This document shows, in pieces, positions 45,471 through 55,497 of a stretch of 64,000 bases of DNA. Position numbers and translations under genes: made by a program. Source of the stretch: Bacilli bacterium (GTDB lineage Bacteria; Bacillota_I; Bacilli_A; RF39; UBA660); assembly GCA_017542065.1 (NCBI GenBank), contig JAFXXX010000019.1:132756-196755 (forward strand), written 5' to 3'. The notes below the pieces were generated by a model, which saw only the letters and a program-made list of their open reading frames with translations, was not told the origin of the DNA and did not search any database. The stretch's first letter is position 1, and each line of letters opens with the position of its first letter.

Positions 45471-46532
45471 TTATTCAAAAACATTTATAATTATATTCTT
45501 TGTAGTCTTCTTATCATATTCTTTAGCTGTTTCTTTTGCTTTTGAAATCATTTTATCTAATTTATCATTAGATAATTTAGAAAACTCTATAAATCTATTT
45601 TTTAAATCAATTGGGTCTTTACTCTTAAAAGTAAATCCATTTTTATTATTCTTAACATAACTACTTGGTCCATAGTTGTCGGATGCTATTACAAATGTTC
45701 CACATGACATAGCTTCAAGACCTACTAAACCAAGACTTTCACTTCTTCTATAGGTTGGAAATATAAAGGCATCAATACTATTATAAAAATATAATAAATC
45801 TTCTCCTTCAAGCATACTTCTAACTTCTACATACTTTTCTAAGTTTAAATCTTTAATTAAACTATTTAACTTCTTTTCCTCAGAACCAGTTCCTATTATT
45901 AAAAATCTATAGTCTCCTATCTTCTTATCTTTTTCTAGTTCTTTAATAAATCTAAGATATATATCATATCCCTTATTAGCTTCTATTCTAGAAGCAAATC
46001 CAATATATTTATAATCTTTATTAAGTTTTAATTTTTCTTTACATTCTTCTTTATCTAGATCAATAAATACACTAGTATCTACTCCTCCAGAAGGATATAC
46101 AACTATTTTATCTTCATCATAATAATAATTATCTTTAACTATATTTTTAAAGTATTCTGAAGGCACTATTACCTTATCAGCATACTTTATATATCTACGA
46201 GTCTTTCTAATGTTTATAAGGTCTTTTTTAGTGTCATCTATAACATCATTACAATGTGCATTTAAAACTAACTTAACATCTTTAGATGTAAGTTTAGTTA
46301 AAACTGCTCCAAAAGAAGATGATGATATAAAATGAACATATAAATAATCATAGTTATTAACTATTCCCTTAAATATAACTCCAAGATATAAATTAATATA
46401 TGATAATAACTTCTTAAATTTATTTTCTTCTTTATGACATACTACAGTTTCTACGTAGTATTCTCTATCTAATATTTCTTTAACATTCTTAACATATATC
46501 CCATAATAACCATATTTATTAGATGGATACAT
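45471..46532 (-). CDS. GT4-family glycosyltransferase (the annotated ATG probably truncates the N-terminus; see findings)
   Basis: ESLGLVGLEAMSCGTFVIAS (EX7E region). N-terminus MYPSNKYGYYGIYVKN. No SD before ATG 46532. Confidence 0.8.
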   Translation of the reverse strand: MYPSNKYGYYGIYVKNVKEILDREYYVETVVCHKEENKFKKLLSYINLYLGVIFKGIVNNYDYLYVHFISSSSFGAVLTKLTSKDVKLVLNAHCNDVIDDTKKDLINIRKTRRYIKYADKVIVPSEYFKNIVKDNYYYDEDKIVVYPSGGVDTSVFIDLDKEECKEKLKLNKDYKYIGFASRIEANKGYDIYLRFIKELEKDKKIGDYRFLIIGTGSEEKKLNSLIKDLNLEKYVEVRSMLEGEDLLYFYNSIDAFIFPTYRRSESLGLVGLEAMSCGTFVIASDNYGPSSYVKNNKNGFTFKSKDPIDLKNRFIEFSKLSNDKLDKMISKAKETAKEYDKKTTKNIIINVFE

Positions 46533-46540
46533 ATTAGATA

Positions 46541-47701
46541 TTAACAGGATTTTTTTTTTACAATTTTATCTGAATTAAATGACACTAAATATAGTGTAGA
46601 CATTAATAAAGAAATTGATGGATATATTAATACACTACCAATAAAGATAGATGTAATAACAAACACTAAATATGAGAAATAATATACTTTCTTAAGTTCA
46701 GTTTTTCTATGAATAAAACTAAACATAATAATGAATATTACACCACCAAATAAACCAGTTGTAGCAAATATATCAAATATATCTATACCTGTATATTTAA
46801 CTATACCTGTTTTACCAATACCATACATGATATTAGTATAACCATGTTTTAATAGTGGGCCCATAACATTATCTACTCTAGTAATACCACCAGAGAATAC
46901 AAATCTATCAATTGTTCTTAATTTATATACATCTTTAAAACTATGAATATTTAATCCAATTATTTGATTCTTAACATTAACAAAAAATGGTGAGAATCTA
47001 ACAAGTAATACAAACACTCCAATAAATGCTAAAAATATTAGTATTATCTTTAATCTCTTTTTATAGTCATTATAAATAAATTCATATTTATATTTACCAA
47101 ATAAAGTACATAATGTAACTAAAAATACTCCAAGAACTATTAACTTAGTACTAATTAAATAAATACTTAATGCTAAAGCAAGTCCAAATACTATTTTTAA
47201 TATATAACTCTTAGCTTCTAAAACATAGTTTAATGTTATAGGAAGAAGTCCTACAAGTATAACTCCAATAGTATTTAAATATTCTTTATTTACTTTAAAT
47301 ATATACATAATAACAAATGTAATTATATATAAGAAATATGTTCCAAGTATAAATCTATCATCTATATATTCATTTCTATATTTAGCAAAAAACATCATCA
47401 TTATAGGTAAATAGAATATCTTTAATATATTTACTAACTCTTCATATAGATTTAAACTTCTCATAAAATACGAAGATATTGCTAGTAAGAAATATACTAA
47501 GAATACTATTAACAATTTTCTATTATCTTTCTTAGTAAATAAGTATATAAATATTCCTAGGAAGAATAATCCTCTGATAATATAATTAATTGAAACTGGA
47601 ATATTTAAGTATTTATCTTGAAAACATCCAAATAGATCTATTAATGAATTTAAAACCAAAAATGCCATTACAATAATATCTAATATTTTCTTCTTTTTCA
47701 T
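46541..47701 (-). CDS. polytopic membrane protein, O-antigen polymerase/ligase-like (Wzy-like)
   Basis: About 10-12 TM segments and location in the glycan locus. Start at ATG 47701 with GTAGGAGG upstream. Family assignment rests on topology and context only. Confidence 0.5.
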   Translation of the reverse strand: MKKKKILDIIVMAFLVLNSLIDLFGCFQDKYLNIPVSINYIIRGLFFLGIFIYLFTKKDNRKLLIVFLVYFLLAISSYFMRSLNLYEELVNILKIFYLPIMMMFFAKYRNEYIDDRFILGTYFLYIITFVIMYIFKVNKEYLNTIGVILVGLLPITLNYVLEAKSYILKIVFGLALALSIYLISTKLIVLGVFLVTLCTLFGKYKYEFIYNDYKKRLKIILIFLAFIGVFVLLVRFSPFFVNVKNQIIGLNIHSFKDVYKLRTIDRFVFSGGITRVDNVMGPLLKHGYTNIMYGIGKTGIVKYTGIDIFDIFATTGLFGGVIFIIMFSFIHRKTELKKVYYFSYLVFVITSIFIGSVLIYPSISLLMSTLYLVSFNSDKIVKKKSC

Positions 47702-47738
47702 AAGAGTACCTCCTACAATCATTATATCATGAAACAAT

Positions 47739-47770
47739 AAAAAAAAGTTTTACAAAATGTAAAACTTTTT
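47739..47770 (-). terminator. Rho-independent terminator after the LCP gene, followed by TGATATAAT
   Basis: Minus strand reads AAAAAGTTTTACA-TTT-TGTAAAACTTTTTTTT. An extended -10 follows at rc 47721..47729. Confidence 0.6.
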
Positions 47771-47774
47771 ATAA

Positions 47775-49307
47775 TTATTCTTCAGTTGTTTCTTCAGTTT
47801 CTTCTGGATGTAAAGACTCACCAGCAAGTACTTTTGCTATAGCATCTTTTGCTTCATTAATAGTCTTTTGACTTGGATATACAACTGATAATTCAGTAGA
47901 TCCTCCAGAATAAGTAGCTTCTCTACCAGTAGATCCAGTTATATTTTGAGATTCAAATGTCCATCCTCTCATATCATTTAATTGGAACCTAACAAGTTTT
48001 TTTATTTCGTCTGTAGACATAGATGTTTCAAATGTACCTTCCATAGCAGCTAGTATATCAGTATAATGAGCTGCTAAAGTATATGATGAAGTTAATTTAT
48101 TAAATATAGCCATCAACACTTTTTGTTGATTTCTATTTCTTTGCATATCTCCATCCCAATAATTATATCTTTCTCTAGCAAACGCTAAAGCACATTGACC
48201 ATTAAGATTATTTTCTCCTGGTTCAATCCAACATCTTCTATCAGTCCAACAAGAAAATCTTGTATCAGAAGCATCTTCATTAACAGTTACTCCTCCAACT
48301 GCATCAACTAAGTTCATAACAGCTTGGAAATTAGCTCTTATATAATAATCTGTTTTAATATCTAACATATCTTCTACAGTAGCTTTAGATAATTCAACAC
48401 CACCTAAACTTCCAGCATGTGTTAATTTATCTTTCTTACCAGTAGTTCCATGTAATTGAACAAATGAGTCTCTTGGAATACTAACAAGTAATATTGTTCT
48501 AGTATTTGGATTAACAACCATTACCATATTAACATCCGATAAACTTCTCTTAATTAGTGTTGTTCCTCTTGTATCAATACCACTAATATATATAGTAAAT
48601 GGCGTATTAGTAATATCAATATCAGGAGTCTTTGGTTTTTCTTTCTTAATTCTAAACTTAATAGTATCTACTATTTTTAAATATGATGCATATGTTTCAT
48701 CATTAGTAGTAATAGATTCATAAGTTCCTGCGTTAAGTATAACTAGATTTTCAGGATAACTTAATTTCATTAATGAATCAGCTAATGATTCAGTTTTAAC
48801 TATTTTAGCAGATGTTTTCTTTTTAAGATTTGCCTTTAATTCACTATAATGTTCAGTATCAACATAATAGTAGATTTCTCCGCCATCAGCTTCACTAATC
48901 TTTTTAATATCTGAACTAATATTAGCAACTACATAATACTCGTCCCATTCATAGTTCCTTCCAAGGTTAGTATCTAAGAAATTAATTGTTCTATAAACAT
49001 AATAGAAACCTGCACATTCTGCAATTATAAATAATATAGCAAACACATTAAATATCTTAAGTATTACTCCAGATCTTTTCTTATTAATACATAGCAATGT
49101 ATAGATAATTTCTAAAGATACAAGTGCAATAGCAGCAATTCTAAAATATTTAATTGGGAAAAGATCAGACTTATAAATATAATATAAAAATACTGCTAAA
49201 ACAATAATTGATAATATATTTATAATTCTACTAACAATCTTTTTACTTTTTTTATTCTTATCTTTAGTCTTATCTTTGGTTATTTTTTTATTCTCTTTCT
49301 TTTTCAT
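47775..49307 (-). CDS. LytR-CpsA-Psr (LCP) family glycopolymer-peptidoglycan ligase
   Basis: N-terminal TM segments, then the LCP core MVMVVNPNTRTILLVSIPRDSFV...GGVTVN. Confidence 0.88.
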   Translation of the reverse strand: MKKKENKKITKDKTKDKNKKSKKIVSRIINILSIIVLAVFLYYIYKSDLFPIKYFRIAAIALVSLEIIYTLLCINKKRSGVILKIFNVFAILFIIAECAGFYYVYRTINFLDTNLGRNYEWDEYYVVANISSDIKKISEADGGEIYYYVDTEHYSELKANLKKKTSAKIVKTESLADSLMKLSYPENLVILNAGTYESITTNDETYASYLKIVDTIKFRIKKEKPKTPDIDITNTPFTIYISGIDTRGTTLIKRSLSDVNMVMVVNPNTRTILLVSIPRDSFVQLHGTTGKKDKLTHAGSLGGVELSKATVEDMLDIKTDYYIRANFQAVMNLVDAVGGVTVNEDASDTRFSCWTDRRCWIEPGENNLNGQCALAFARERYNYWDGDMQRNRNQQKVLMAIFNKLTSSYTLAAHYTDILAAMEGTFETSMSTDEIKKLVRFQLNDMRGWTFESQNITGSTGREATYSGGSTELSVVYPSQKTINEAKDAIAKVLAGESLHPEETEETTEE

Positions 49308-49316
49308 GTCAAACTC

Positions 49317-50378
49317 CTATTCTATAGTTGTATCTCTAGAAGTAACTTGTACTTCAATATATGTTCTTCCATCAGATACTTCTAGTTCTTCTCCATCTAG
49401 TGTAGTAAACTTAGTTTTAGCTTTTCTATCAGATTTACTCCATTTAATTGGAATAGCATATCCATTAGTTATATAATATCCATCACCAGAATCAACAGTA
49501 TGTAAATTCCAATAATATCCATCATCTGCCCTATTATATTTAATCTTTTGAACAATTATATTCTTAGTAGTAAATGGTTCTTTAGTATTATGATCAACTG
49601 TAATTCTATCATTAACAATTCTTGTATACATACCAGTATCAGGATTATAATCAAAATCATTTGTAACAGATCCATAATCAATAGATACATGGTTTGCAAC
49701 CATAGCACCTTCTTTATCACTAAGGTCTACATCTATTACATTGTATTTTAATACTATAGTATCACTAGGATTACTTTCTAAAGAATAACCTTTACTATCT
49801 TTAGCATAATTTTTAACTTTATCAGTTTGTAAGTATACAGTATGTTCTGAATCTAGGTCTTCTGGATTATCTCTCCACATACCACCTTCTCCAACCATAC
49901 CTTGAATATAATTGATTACTTTTTTACTTTGTAAATCATCTTTAGCATAATGGCTCCAACCAAATGCAACAAATATTGCATCTGATTCAAATGAAAAGTC
50001 TATCATATTATGTCTAGCACTTCTAATAGTTCCAACTTTTACATCTTCATCTGTTTTAAATACAGCAATTAATCTAGCAGTACTTCCTTCTGTTGGAATC
50101 TCATAGATTAAGAACGCTTTATTTAACCCTTCCTGAACTTTAATAGCTACAGGAGTATTATTTATTGATATTGCAAGAGGTCTTGTTTTAGACTCTAAAT
50201 CTACAACATCTACTTTTTCTTCTAACTTGGCTGTTATCTTCTTACCTTTTGGAGAACCATCCTTGTTTAAAACAAATTTCCAAACACATAATCCACCAAT
50301 AGCAAGTAATAATATGATTATCAAGATTAAAATAAATACTTTCTTCTTAGAAATTTTTCTTTTCCTTGAATTCTTCAT
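49317..50378 (-). CDS. DUF3048 (YerB-like) membrane-anchored protein
   Basis: PLAISINNTPVAIKVQEGLNKAFLIYEIPTEGSTARLIAVF resembles the DUF3048 core as I recall it. Start taken at ATG 50378; the ORF-track start at 50387 is a GTG. Confidence 0.7.
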   Translation of the reverse strand: MKNSRKRKISKKKVFILILIIILLLAIGGLCVWKFVLNKDGSPKGKKITAKLEEKVDVVDLESKTRPLAISINNTPVAIKVQEGLNKAFLIYEIPTEGSTARLIAVFKTDEDVKVGTIRSARHNMIDFSFESDAIFVAFGWSHYAKDDLQSKKVINYIQGMVGEGGMWRDNPEDLDSEHTVYLQTDKVKNYAKDSKGYSLESNPSDTIVLKYNVIDVDLSDKEGAMVANHVSIDYGSVTNDFDYNPDTGMYTRIVNDRITVDHNTKEPFTTKNIIVQKIKYNRADDGYYWNLHTVDSGDGYYITNGYAIPIKWSKSDRKAKTKFTTLDGEELEVSDGRTYIEVQVTSRDTTIE

Positions 50379-50405
50379 ATATAACACCTATCCTTTGTAT
50401 ATTTG

Positions 50406-50434
50406 ATTATACCAAAAAATGATATATCATTCAA
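50406..50434 (-). promoter_or_regulatory. sigma-A promoter for the DUF3048-LCP operon
   Basis: TTGAAT (rc 50429..50434), a 17-nt spacer ending in TGG, then TATAAT (rc 50406..50411). Confidence 0.5.
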
Positions 50435-50459
50435 CCAATCAATCAACAAAAGTGTCAAA

Positions 50460-50488
50460 CAAAAAATCTATCAATTGATAGATTTTTA
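50460..50488 (-). terminator. Rho-independent terminator after the AT3 gene
   Basis: Minus strand reads AAAAATCTATC-AATT-GATAGATTTTTT. Confidence 0.6.
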
Positions 50489-50490
50489 TT

Positions 50491-51513
50491 TTACGGAACA
50501 ATCTTTTTAATAATTGGTATTTTTCTCATCAAATAAGTAATTAAAATACATATTGGTATTACTATTAAAGGCATACCTAATCTATAGTAAATACTTCTAT
50601 GATTTACGTGAATAAACATACAAATTATATCAACAATAAACATATGCATAAGATAAATTGCAAATGTATATTTTGATAAAAAGTTTACTATCTTAAAGTT
50701 CTTTATTTTTTTAGATATTTCTTTAACAAATACAAATATACCTACAGAATAGAATAATGATGGAACATTACAATATCCTTTGTATGTTTTTATAATTTCA
50801 CCAGCATTAAATGATAATACTTGTGTTCCAATAATATGAGCTAATAATCCAAGTATTGCGAGAATATATATAATTATTCTTAATTTCTTACTAATATCTT
50901 TCTTATCTAGGATATATCCTAGTAATGGATATATTAAATATCCACTACCTACCCAAAAAGGAATTCCATAATAAAAATTTAATTTAAATACACTAAAAAT
51001 AAATGGAAGTAAACTGTATGTAACAAAAGATACTAAAACAATATAGCTAAAGACTTTTATACGTTTTTCCTTATCAACAGAAGCAAATAATGGCATACAT
51101 AAATATATTCCAAATAATGGAAGAAAGAACCAATATACGCTCATAACCGTTGAACTAAAGAAACCATTAAAAATATAACTAGGACTAAGCCATTTTATTG
51201 GTATATGTTTAGCAATTATAGCATAGATAATCCATAAAATACTCCAAATAAAATATGGTATTACTGCTTTTTTTAATCTCTTAATAAAGAATTCCTTTGT
51301 TGAATACTTTTCTTGATAATCTATTAGATTTGCCCCAGAAATCATAAAGAAAATTGGAACTGCAAAGAAGAATACACATTCAATTATATTGGCTGTTATC
51401 CAATATCTTTCTTTACCAAAACTCCAAAAGCACCCATTAGTATGTAACAAAACAACTGCAAAAGCTGATATTACACTTAATAACGTAATATAATTCTTTT
51501 TTTCTTGTTTCAT
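50491..51513 (-). CDS. acyltransferase family 3 (AT3) membrane O-acyltransferase
   Basis: N-terminus ITLLSVISAFAVVLLHTN and about 10 TM segments. The ATG overlaps the gtrA TGA (ATGA). Confidence 0.8.
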   Translation of the reverse strand: MKQEKKNYITLLSVISAFAVVLLHTNGCFWSFGKERYWITANIIECVFFFAVPIFFMISGANLIDYQEKYSTKEFFIKRLKKAVIPYFIWSILWIIYAIIAKHIPIKWLSPSYIFNGFFSSTVMSVYWFFLPLFGIYLCMPLFASVDKEKRIKVFSYIVLVSFVTYSLLPFIFSVFKLNFYYGIPFWVGSGYLIYPLLGYILDKKDISKKLRIIIYILAILGLLAHIIGTQVLSFNAGEIIKTYKGYCNVPSLFYSVGIFVFVKEISKKIKNFKIVNFLSKYTFAIYLMHMFIVDIICMFIHVNHRSIYYRLGMPLIVIPICILITYLMRKIPIIKKIVP

Positions 51514-51944
51514 TGTTCTTTCTCCTTTTTAACAAATACTAAAAACTTACTTAAAATATAATTTAAAACAAGTATAATGAATTGAACAACAATTTTACTT
51601 ATTTTGTCATTAAATTTTAATACAGTAACTAACAAAAACATAAATCCCATATCAACTAGTAATGTAAAAACTCTAGCCAAATAAAATTTAATAGCTTCAA
51701 TATACCATTTTTTATTCTTGCTATTAAATACAAATTTCTTATTTGCAAAAAATGCAAATGTAACAGCAGCAATCCAAGAAAGAATATTTGTTATTTGTAA
51801 CATAATTGCTTTCTTTGGATCCATTATAGTAAAAACTAAACCATAATAAACTCCTAAACTTACTAAAGTTGTTAATCCACCAACTATAATATAATTAATT
51901 ATTTCTTTCTTTGATTCATATATTTCTTTAATCTTTTTTATCAT
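51510..51944 (-). CDS. GtrA-family small membrane protein (polyprenol-P-sugar translocation accessory)
   Basis: 144 aa with 4 TM segments. N-terminus INYIIVGGLTTLVSLGVYY is typical of GtrA-like proteins. Confidence 0.8.
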   Translation of the reverse strand: MIKKIKEIYESKKEIINYIIVGGLTTLVSLGVYYGLVFTIMDPKKAIMLQITNILSWIAAVTFAFFANKKFVFNSKNKKWYIEAIKFYLARVFTLLVDMGFMFLLVTVLKFNDKISKIVVQFIILVLNYILSKFLVFVKKEKEQ

Positions 51945-52869
51945 TTGTTTTTGATTCCTTTATAATGTATGATGGTCTATTTTTACTTTCATTATAAGCA
52001 TTGGATAAGTATTTGCCCAAAATACCATTACTAATTAAAGTGCTTCCTGATAATAAAAATAATGCGCAGATTATAATTAAACTAATAGTTGGCATTTTGA
52101 TACCAATAATAAATAAAACTAGTATTGCAATTAAACCAAGAACTGCTATAACTACAAAGAATAATCCAAGTTTTAGAGTCCAGAATAATGGCGCATCTGA
52201 GAATCCAACTATACCATCAAATGCATATTTAAATAACTTAGATATACTCCACTTTGATTTACCCGAATAACGATCTTCAACTTTGTATGAAATATAATAT
52301 GTATTAAATCCTACCCAAGTAAATAATCCTTTAGAAAATCTAATAGTCTCAGGTAAAGAAATAATTGCCTCTAAAACATTTCTTCTCATTAATCTAAAAT
52401 CACTAGCAGAATCCATTACATCCATTTTTAACATTGATTTATATATCTTATAAAATGCTTTTTTAAATACCTTCTTAAATATATTTTCTTTTCTCTTTTC
52501 TTGAACACAACAAACAACATCATATTCTTTATTTTCATCAAGAATCTTTTCCATTTCTAAAACATATTTAGGATTTTGTTGTAAATCAGCATCTATAATA
52601 ACAGTATATTCTCCCTTTGATTCTTTTAAACCCGCAAGAATTGCTGCTTCTTTTCCAAAGTTTCTAGAAAAACTTATATAATTAATATTCTTAAATTCTT
52701 TATAAAGTTTTTTAATGTTTTCAAGTGTATTATCTTTACTTCCATCATCAACAAATATTAATTCAATATCTTTAATTCTATCTTTAAATATATCATTAAC
52801 CTTATTATAAAATTTGATAACATTATCTTCTTCGTTATAACATGGAATAATAAAAGAAATCTTTTTCAT
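51928..52869 (-). CDS. GT2 polyprenol-phosphate glycosyltransferase (GtrB/CsbB-like)
   Basis: Motifs IIPCYNEEDN, DDGSKD and IIDADLQQNP, plus two C-terminal TM segments. Confidence 0.85.
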   Translation of the reverse strand: MKKISFIIPCYNEEDNVIKFYNKVNDIFKDRIKDIELIFVDDGSKDNTLENIKKLYKEFKNINYISFSRNFGKEAAILAGLKESKGEYTVIIDADLQQNPKYVLEMEKILDENKEYDVVCCVQEKRKENIFKKVFKKAFYKIYKSMLKMDVMDSASDFRLMRRNVLEAIISLPETIRFSKGLFTWVGFNTYYISYKVEDRYSGKSKWSISKLFKYAFDGIVGFSDAPLFWTLKLGLFFVVIAVLGLIAILVLFIIGIKMPTISLIIICALFLLSGSTLISNGILGKYLSNAYNESKNRPSYIIKESKTNDKKD

Positions 52870-53952
52870 CTAATCACACTCCAAACTTATTTTGTTGTCT
52901 ATCCTTTCAAGTTTTTTATCAAATCTTATAGTAAGCTTTGAAAATAATTTAAATATTATTACTCTTATCTTATCTATTAATAAACAACTAATAAATATTA
53001 ATAATATTAATCCAAAGTAATAATAATATATTTTACTAGTTCCAAAATACTTTGATATATCAAGCATTTTTGATAGTATTGGATCAATTACACTAGGATG
53101 TAAATGTATTAAATAAATACTAAATGTTGATGAACTAATAAATGTAATTATTTTTGATAAAATCTTATTACTTATTCTTATATTTATTAATAAAATAAAT
53201 ACACAAATAGAGCTTAATACAACAAGTATATTATTATATGATAGTAAGAATCCATGCCATGAACTCATCCAAAGATACTTTGGAAAACTATTCCCTTTAT
53301 AATATAAAAATACTTGTAGTAATAAGACTAATACATATACAATTGAAATTATTTTAATATTAAATTTCTTATAATTATCTTTTAAATATGCTCCTAGAAA
53401 TACAAGAACAATAAGCCAAGTAAAACTATAGCCACCTGCCAAACTTAATTGACTATTTGATGGATTAATTAGTGGCAATATTGTTGATAAACCAAGTAAT
53501 GTAATTACTAAAATCTTCTCTTTTTCAATTCTTTTCATTGATGTATATATTATCTTTAATAAAGGTAATATAAAACACAAAACAAAGTAACAAGAATAAA
53601 ACCAATAATTACCATTTATTACTGGAAAGAACATTCTAACTAAATATTGCTTACTAAATGTAGCTAAGCCTAAAAGAACTAAAACTACATATATTATAAC
53701 TGAATAAAAAACTACAATTAATTCTAATTTTATGATTCTTTTTAAACTAAATTTACTCTTTTCAAGAAAGAATCCTGTAATTAATATATATAAATTTACT
53801 GCAATAATGCATACTATTTCTAGTATAGAAAATAATATGTTTTTTTTAGCATCAGACCAAACTACTTTAGTTGAGAATAAATTACAGTGTAATGTTACTA
53901 TCATTAACATAGCAATAATTCTAACTAATTCTATGTTCATATTCTTTTTCAT
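52870..53952 (-). CDS. acyltransferase family 3 (AT3) membrane O-acyltransferase
   Basis: N-terminus NIELVRIIAMLMIVTLHC and about 10 TM segments. Confidence 0.8.
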   Translation of the reverse strand: MKKNMNIELVRIIAMLMIVTLHCNLFSTKVVWSDAKKNILFSILEIVCIIAVNLYILITGFFLEKSKFSLKRIIKLELIVVFYSVIIYVVLVLLGLATFSKQYLVRMFFPVINGNYWFYSCYFVLCFILPLLKIIYTSMKRIEKEKILVITLLGLSTILPLINPSNSQLSLAGGYSFTWLIVLVFLGAYLKDNYKKFNIKIISIVYVLVLLLQVFLYYKGNSFPKYLWMSSWHGFLLSYNNILVVLSSICVFILLINIRISNKILSKIITFISSSTFSIYLIHLHPSVIDPILSKMLDISKYFGTSKIYYYYFGLILLIFISCLLIDKIRVIIFKLFSKLTIRFDKKLERIDNKISLECD

Positions 53953-53961
53953 AGTTATTAC

Positions 53962-55470
53962 CTATTTTAAATACTTTGATCTTTCAAAATCAAAGAAAAA
54001 CATATTATCATATTTTTTATTTAATAATTCATTTGTTACTTCTTCATCAGGTACAAACTTTATATACATTCTATTTCTAGTAATTTTATGTGCATATAAA
54101 GTATTTTGTAACCATGTAGCCATATTATATGGTTGTGGCCAATTTGATCCACTTTCTCCATGTTTTGGAACCTTAACCTCAACAGAGATTTTTCCTTCTT
54201 TATCTGCTTCTACTATTTGATTAATAATATAATCATCCACTGCTTTTGCAGCTTTAGCATCAAATACACTTTGATAGAAAGGATGATTAAAATTAAATGC
54301 TACAAAAGATAATAACACAATAATAATAGGTATAATTACTTCTGTTATCTTGTAACATTTATTACATATAATAAATGTCTCAATAATAAATATTATTAAA
54401 TAAAATAAAATCCCCCATGTTGCATCAACTCTAGTAGCATATCCAGAACCAGCTTTCATATATAGAATAACTATATATAAAGTATTTATAGCTATAAGTA
54501 TAATTATTTTTATTAATCTAATAATATCTTTAAAATCTTTATTTCTAATTGCATTAAATACTATTGCTCCTACAGATAATATAGTAATAATTATTAATGG
54601 CTTATATACCAATCTATATAAATATAAAAGGCTAATAACTGTATCTTTAAATCTTGCAAAATTTAACCAAGATCCTGAAGAAACCATCTTTCCTCTATTA
54701 CCTGTAAGATCATAAATTACAGCAATTATCCACATTATTAAGATAATTAAATATATATAATTATCTTTAATAAGCCCAAGAAAATCTTTCTTTTTACTCT
54801 TTATAAATAAATATATTTTCTTTAATAAAAGAATTGCTACAAAGGACGCAGTTATTATATTTAACTGAATGCTTGAAAAAATAGCTAAGTATGCTAATAC
54901 AATGAATAACCCTTTTTTTAAATATGATATATTTCTAAATTCTAAAGAAAAATCTTCATATTTTAGCATAAATAATACAAGACAAGCATTAGCTAAAGCT
55001 GGTACTAAATAATTAAAATAACAATTATAACTCTTAGACCAGAATCCATAAAAACTATTTGCAGTCTCTACTTTAAATATTACAAAAAATGATAATAGAA
55101 ATAATATTTCATATGCAAAAGCAGTCGATTTTTTTAAATTAAATCTACTAGAAATAAATCTATTAAATAAACTAGTCATTAATGTTATTAAAGCAGATAT
55201 AAATATTGATGCAGCTAAAGATAAACTTAATACATAATCACCTGTTATAGGTTTTAGAATGTATGCTGCAAAATATCCACATAATGGCTCTATTATTTCT
55301 GGCAATACCTTGCTAGGATTAAAAGCATTAGCATATGGTATTGGTTGTCTCATTGCTCCAATAAAATACCAATCATCTCCCTCATATGGTACTATTGGAC
55401 AAACAACAGTAAAGAATAATGCTAACAATAAAAACATCACTATATATTTTAATATACGTTTCTTATTCAT
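53962..55470 (-). CDS. large polytopic membrane protein, putative GT-C-fold extracytoplasmic glycosyltransferase (GtrC/YfhO-role partner)
   Basis: At least 10 TM segments plus a soluble C-terminal domain of about 110 aa. It lies adjacent to GtrA/GtrB-like genes. ATG 55470 has GGGGGGAG upstream. Assignment is by context only. Confidence 0.5.
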   Translation of the reverse strand: MNKKRILKYIVMFLLLALFFTVVCPIVPYEGDDWYFIGAMRQPIPYANAFNPSKVLPEIIEPLCGYFAAYILKPITGDYVLSLSLAASIFISALITLMTSLFNRFISSRFNLKKSTAFAYEILFLLSFFVIFKVETANSFYGFWSKSYNCYFNYLVPALANACLVLFMLKYEDFSLEFRNISYLKKGLFIVLAYLAIFSSIQLNIITASFVAILLLKKIYLFIKSKKKDFLGLIKDNYIYLIILIMWIIAVIYDLTGNRGKMVSSGSWLNFARFKDTVISLLYLYRLVYKPLIIITILSVGAIVFNAIRNKDFKDIIRLIKIIILIAINTLYIVILYMKAGSGYATRVDATWGILFYLIIFIIETFIICNKCYKITEVIIPIIIVLLSFVAFNFNHPFYQSVFDAKAAKAVDDYIINQIVEADKEGKISVEVKVPKHGESGSNWPQPYNMATWLQNTLYAHKITRNRMYIKFVPDEEVTNELLNKKYDNMFFFDFERSKYLK

Positions 55471-55497
55471 AAATACTCCCCCCATAGAATAATATTA

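Noticed and set aside
50419-50430. A perfect 12-nt palindrome, ATGATATATCAT, in the spacer of the DUF3048-LCP promoter, as a possible operator.
   Set aside because: It is short and made almost entirely of A/T. Palindromes of this kind are expected by chance in this composition, and I noticed no second copy elsewhere in the window.
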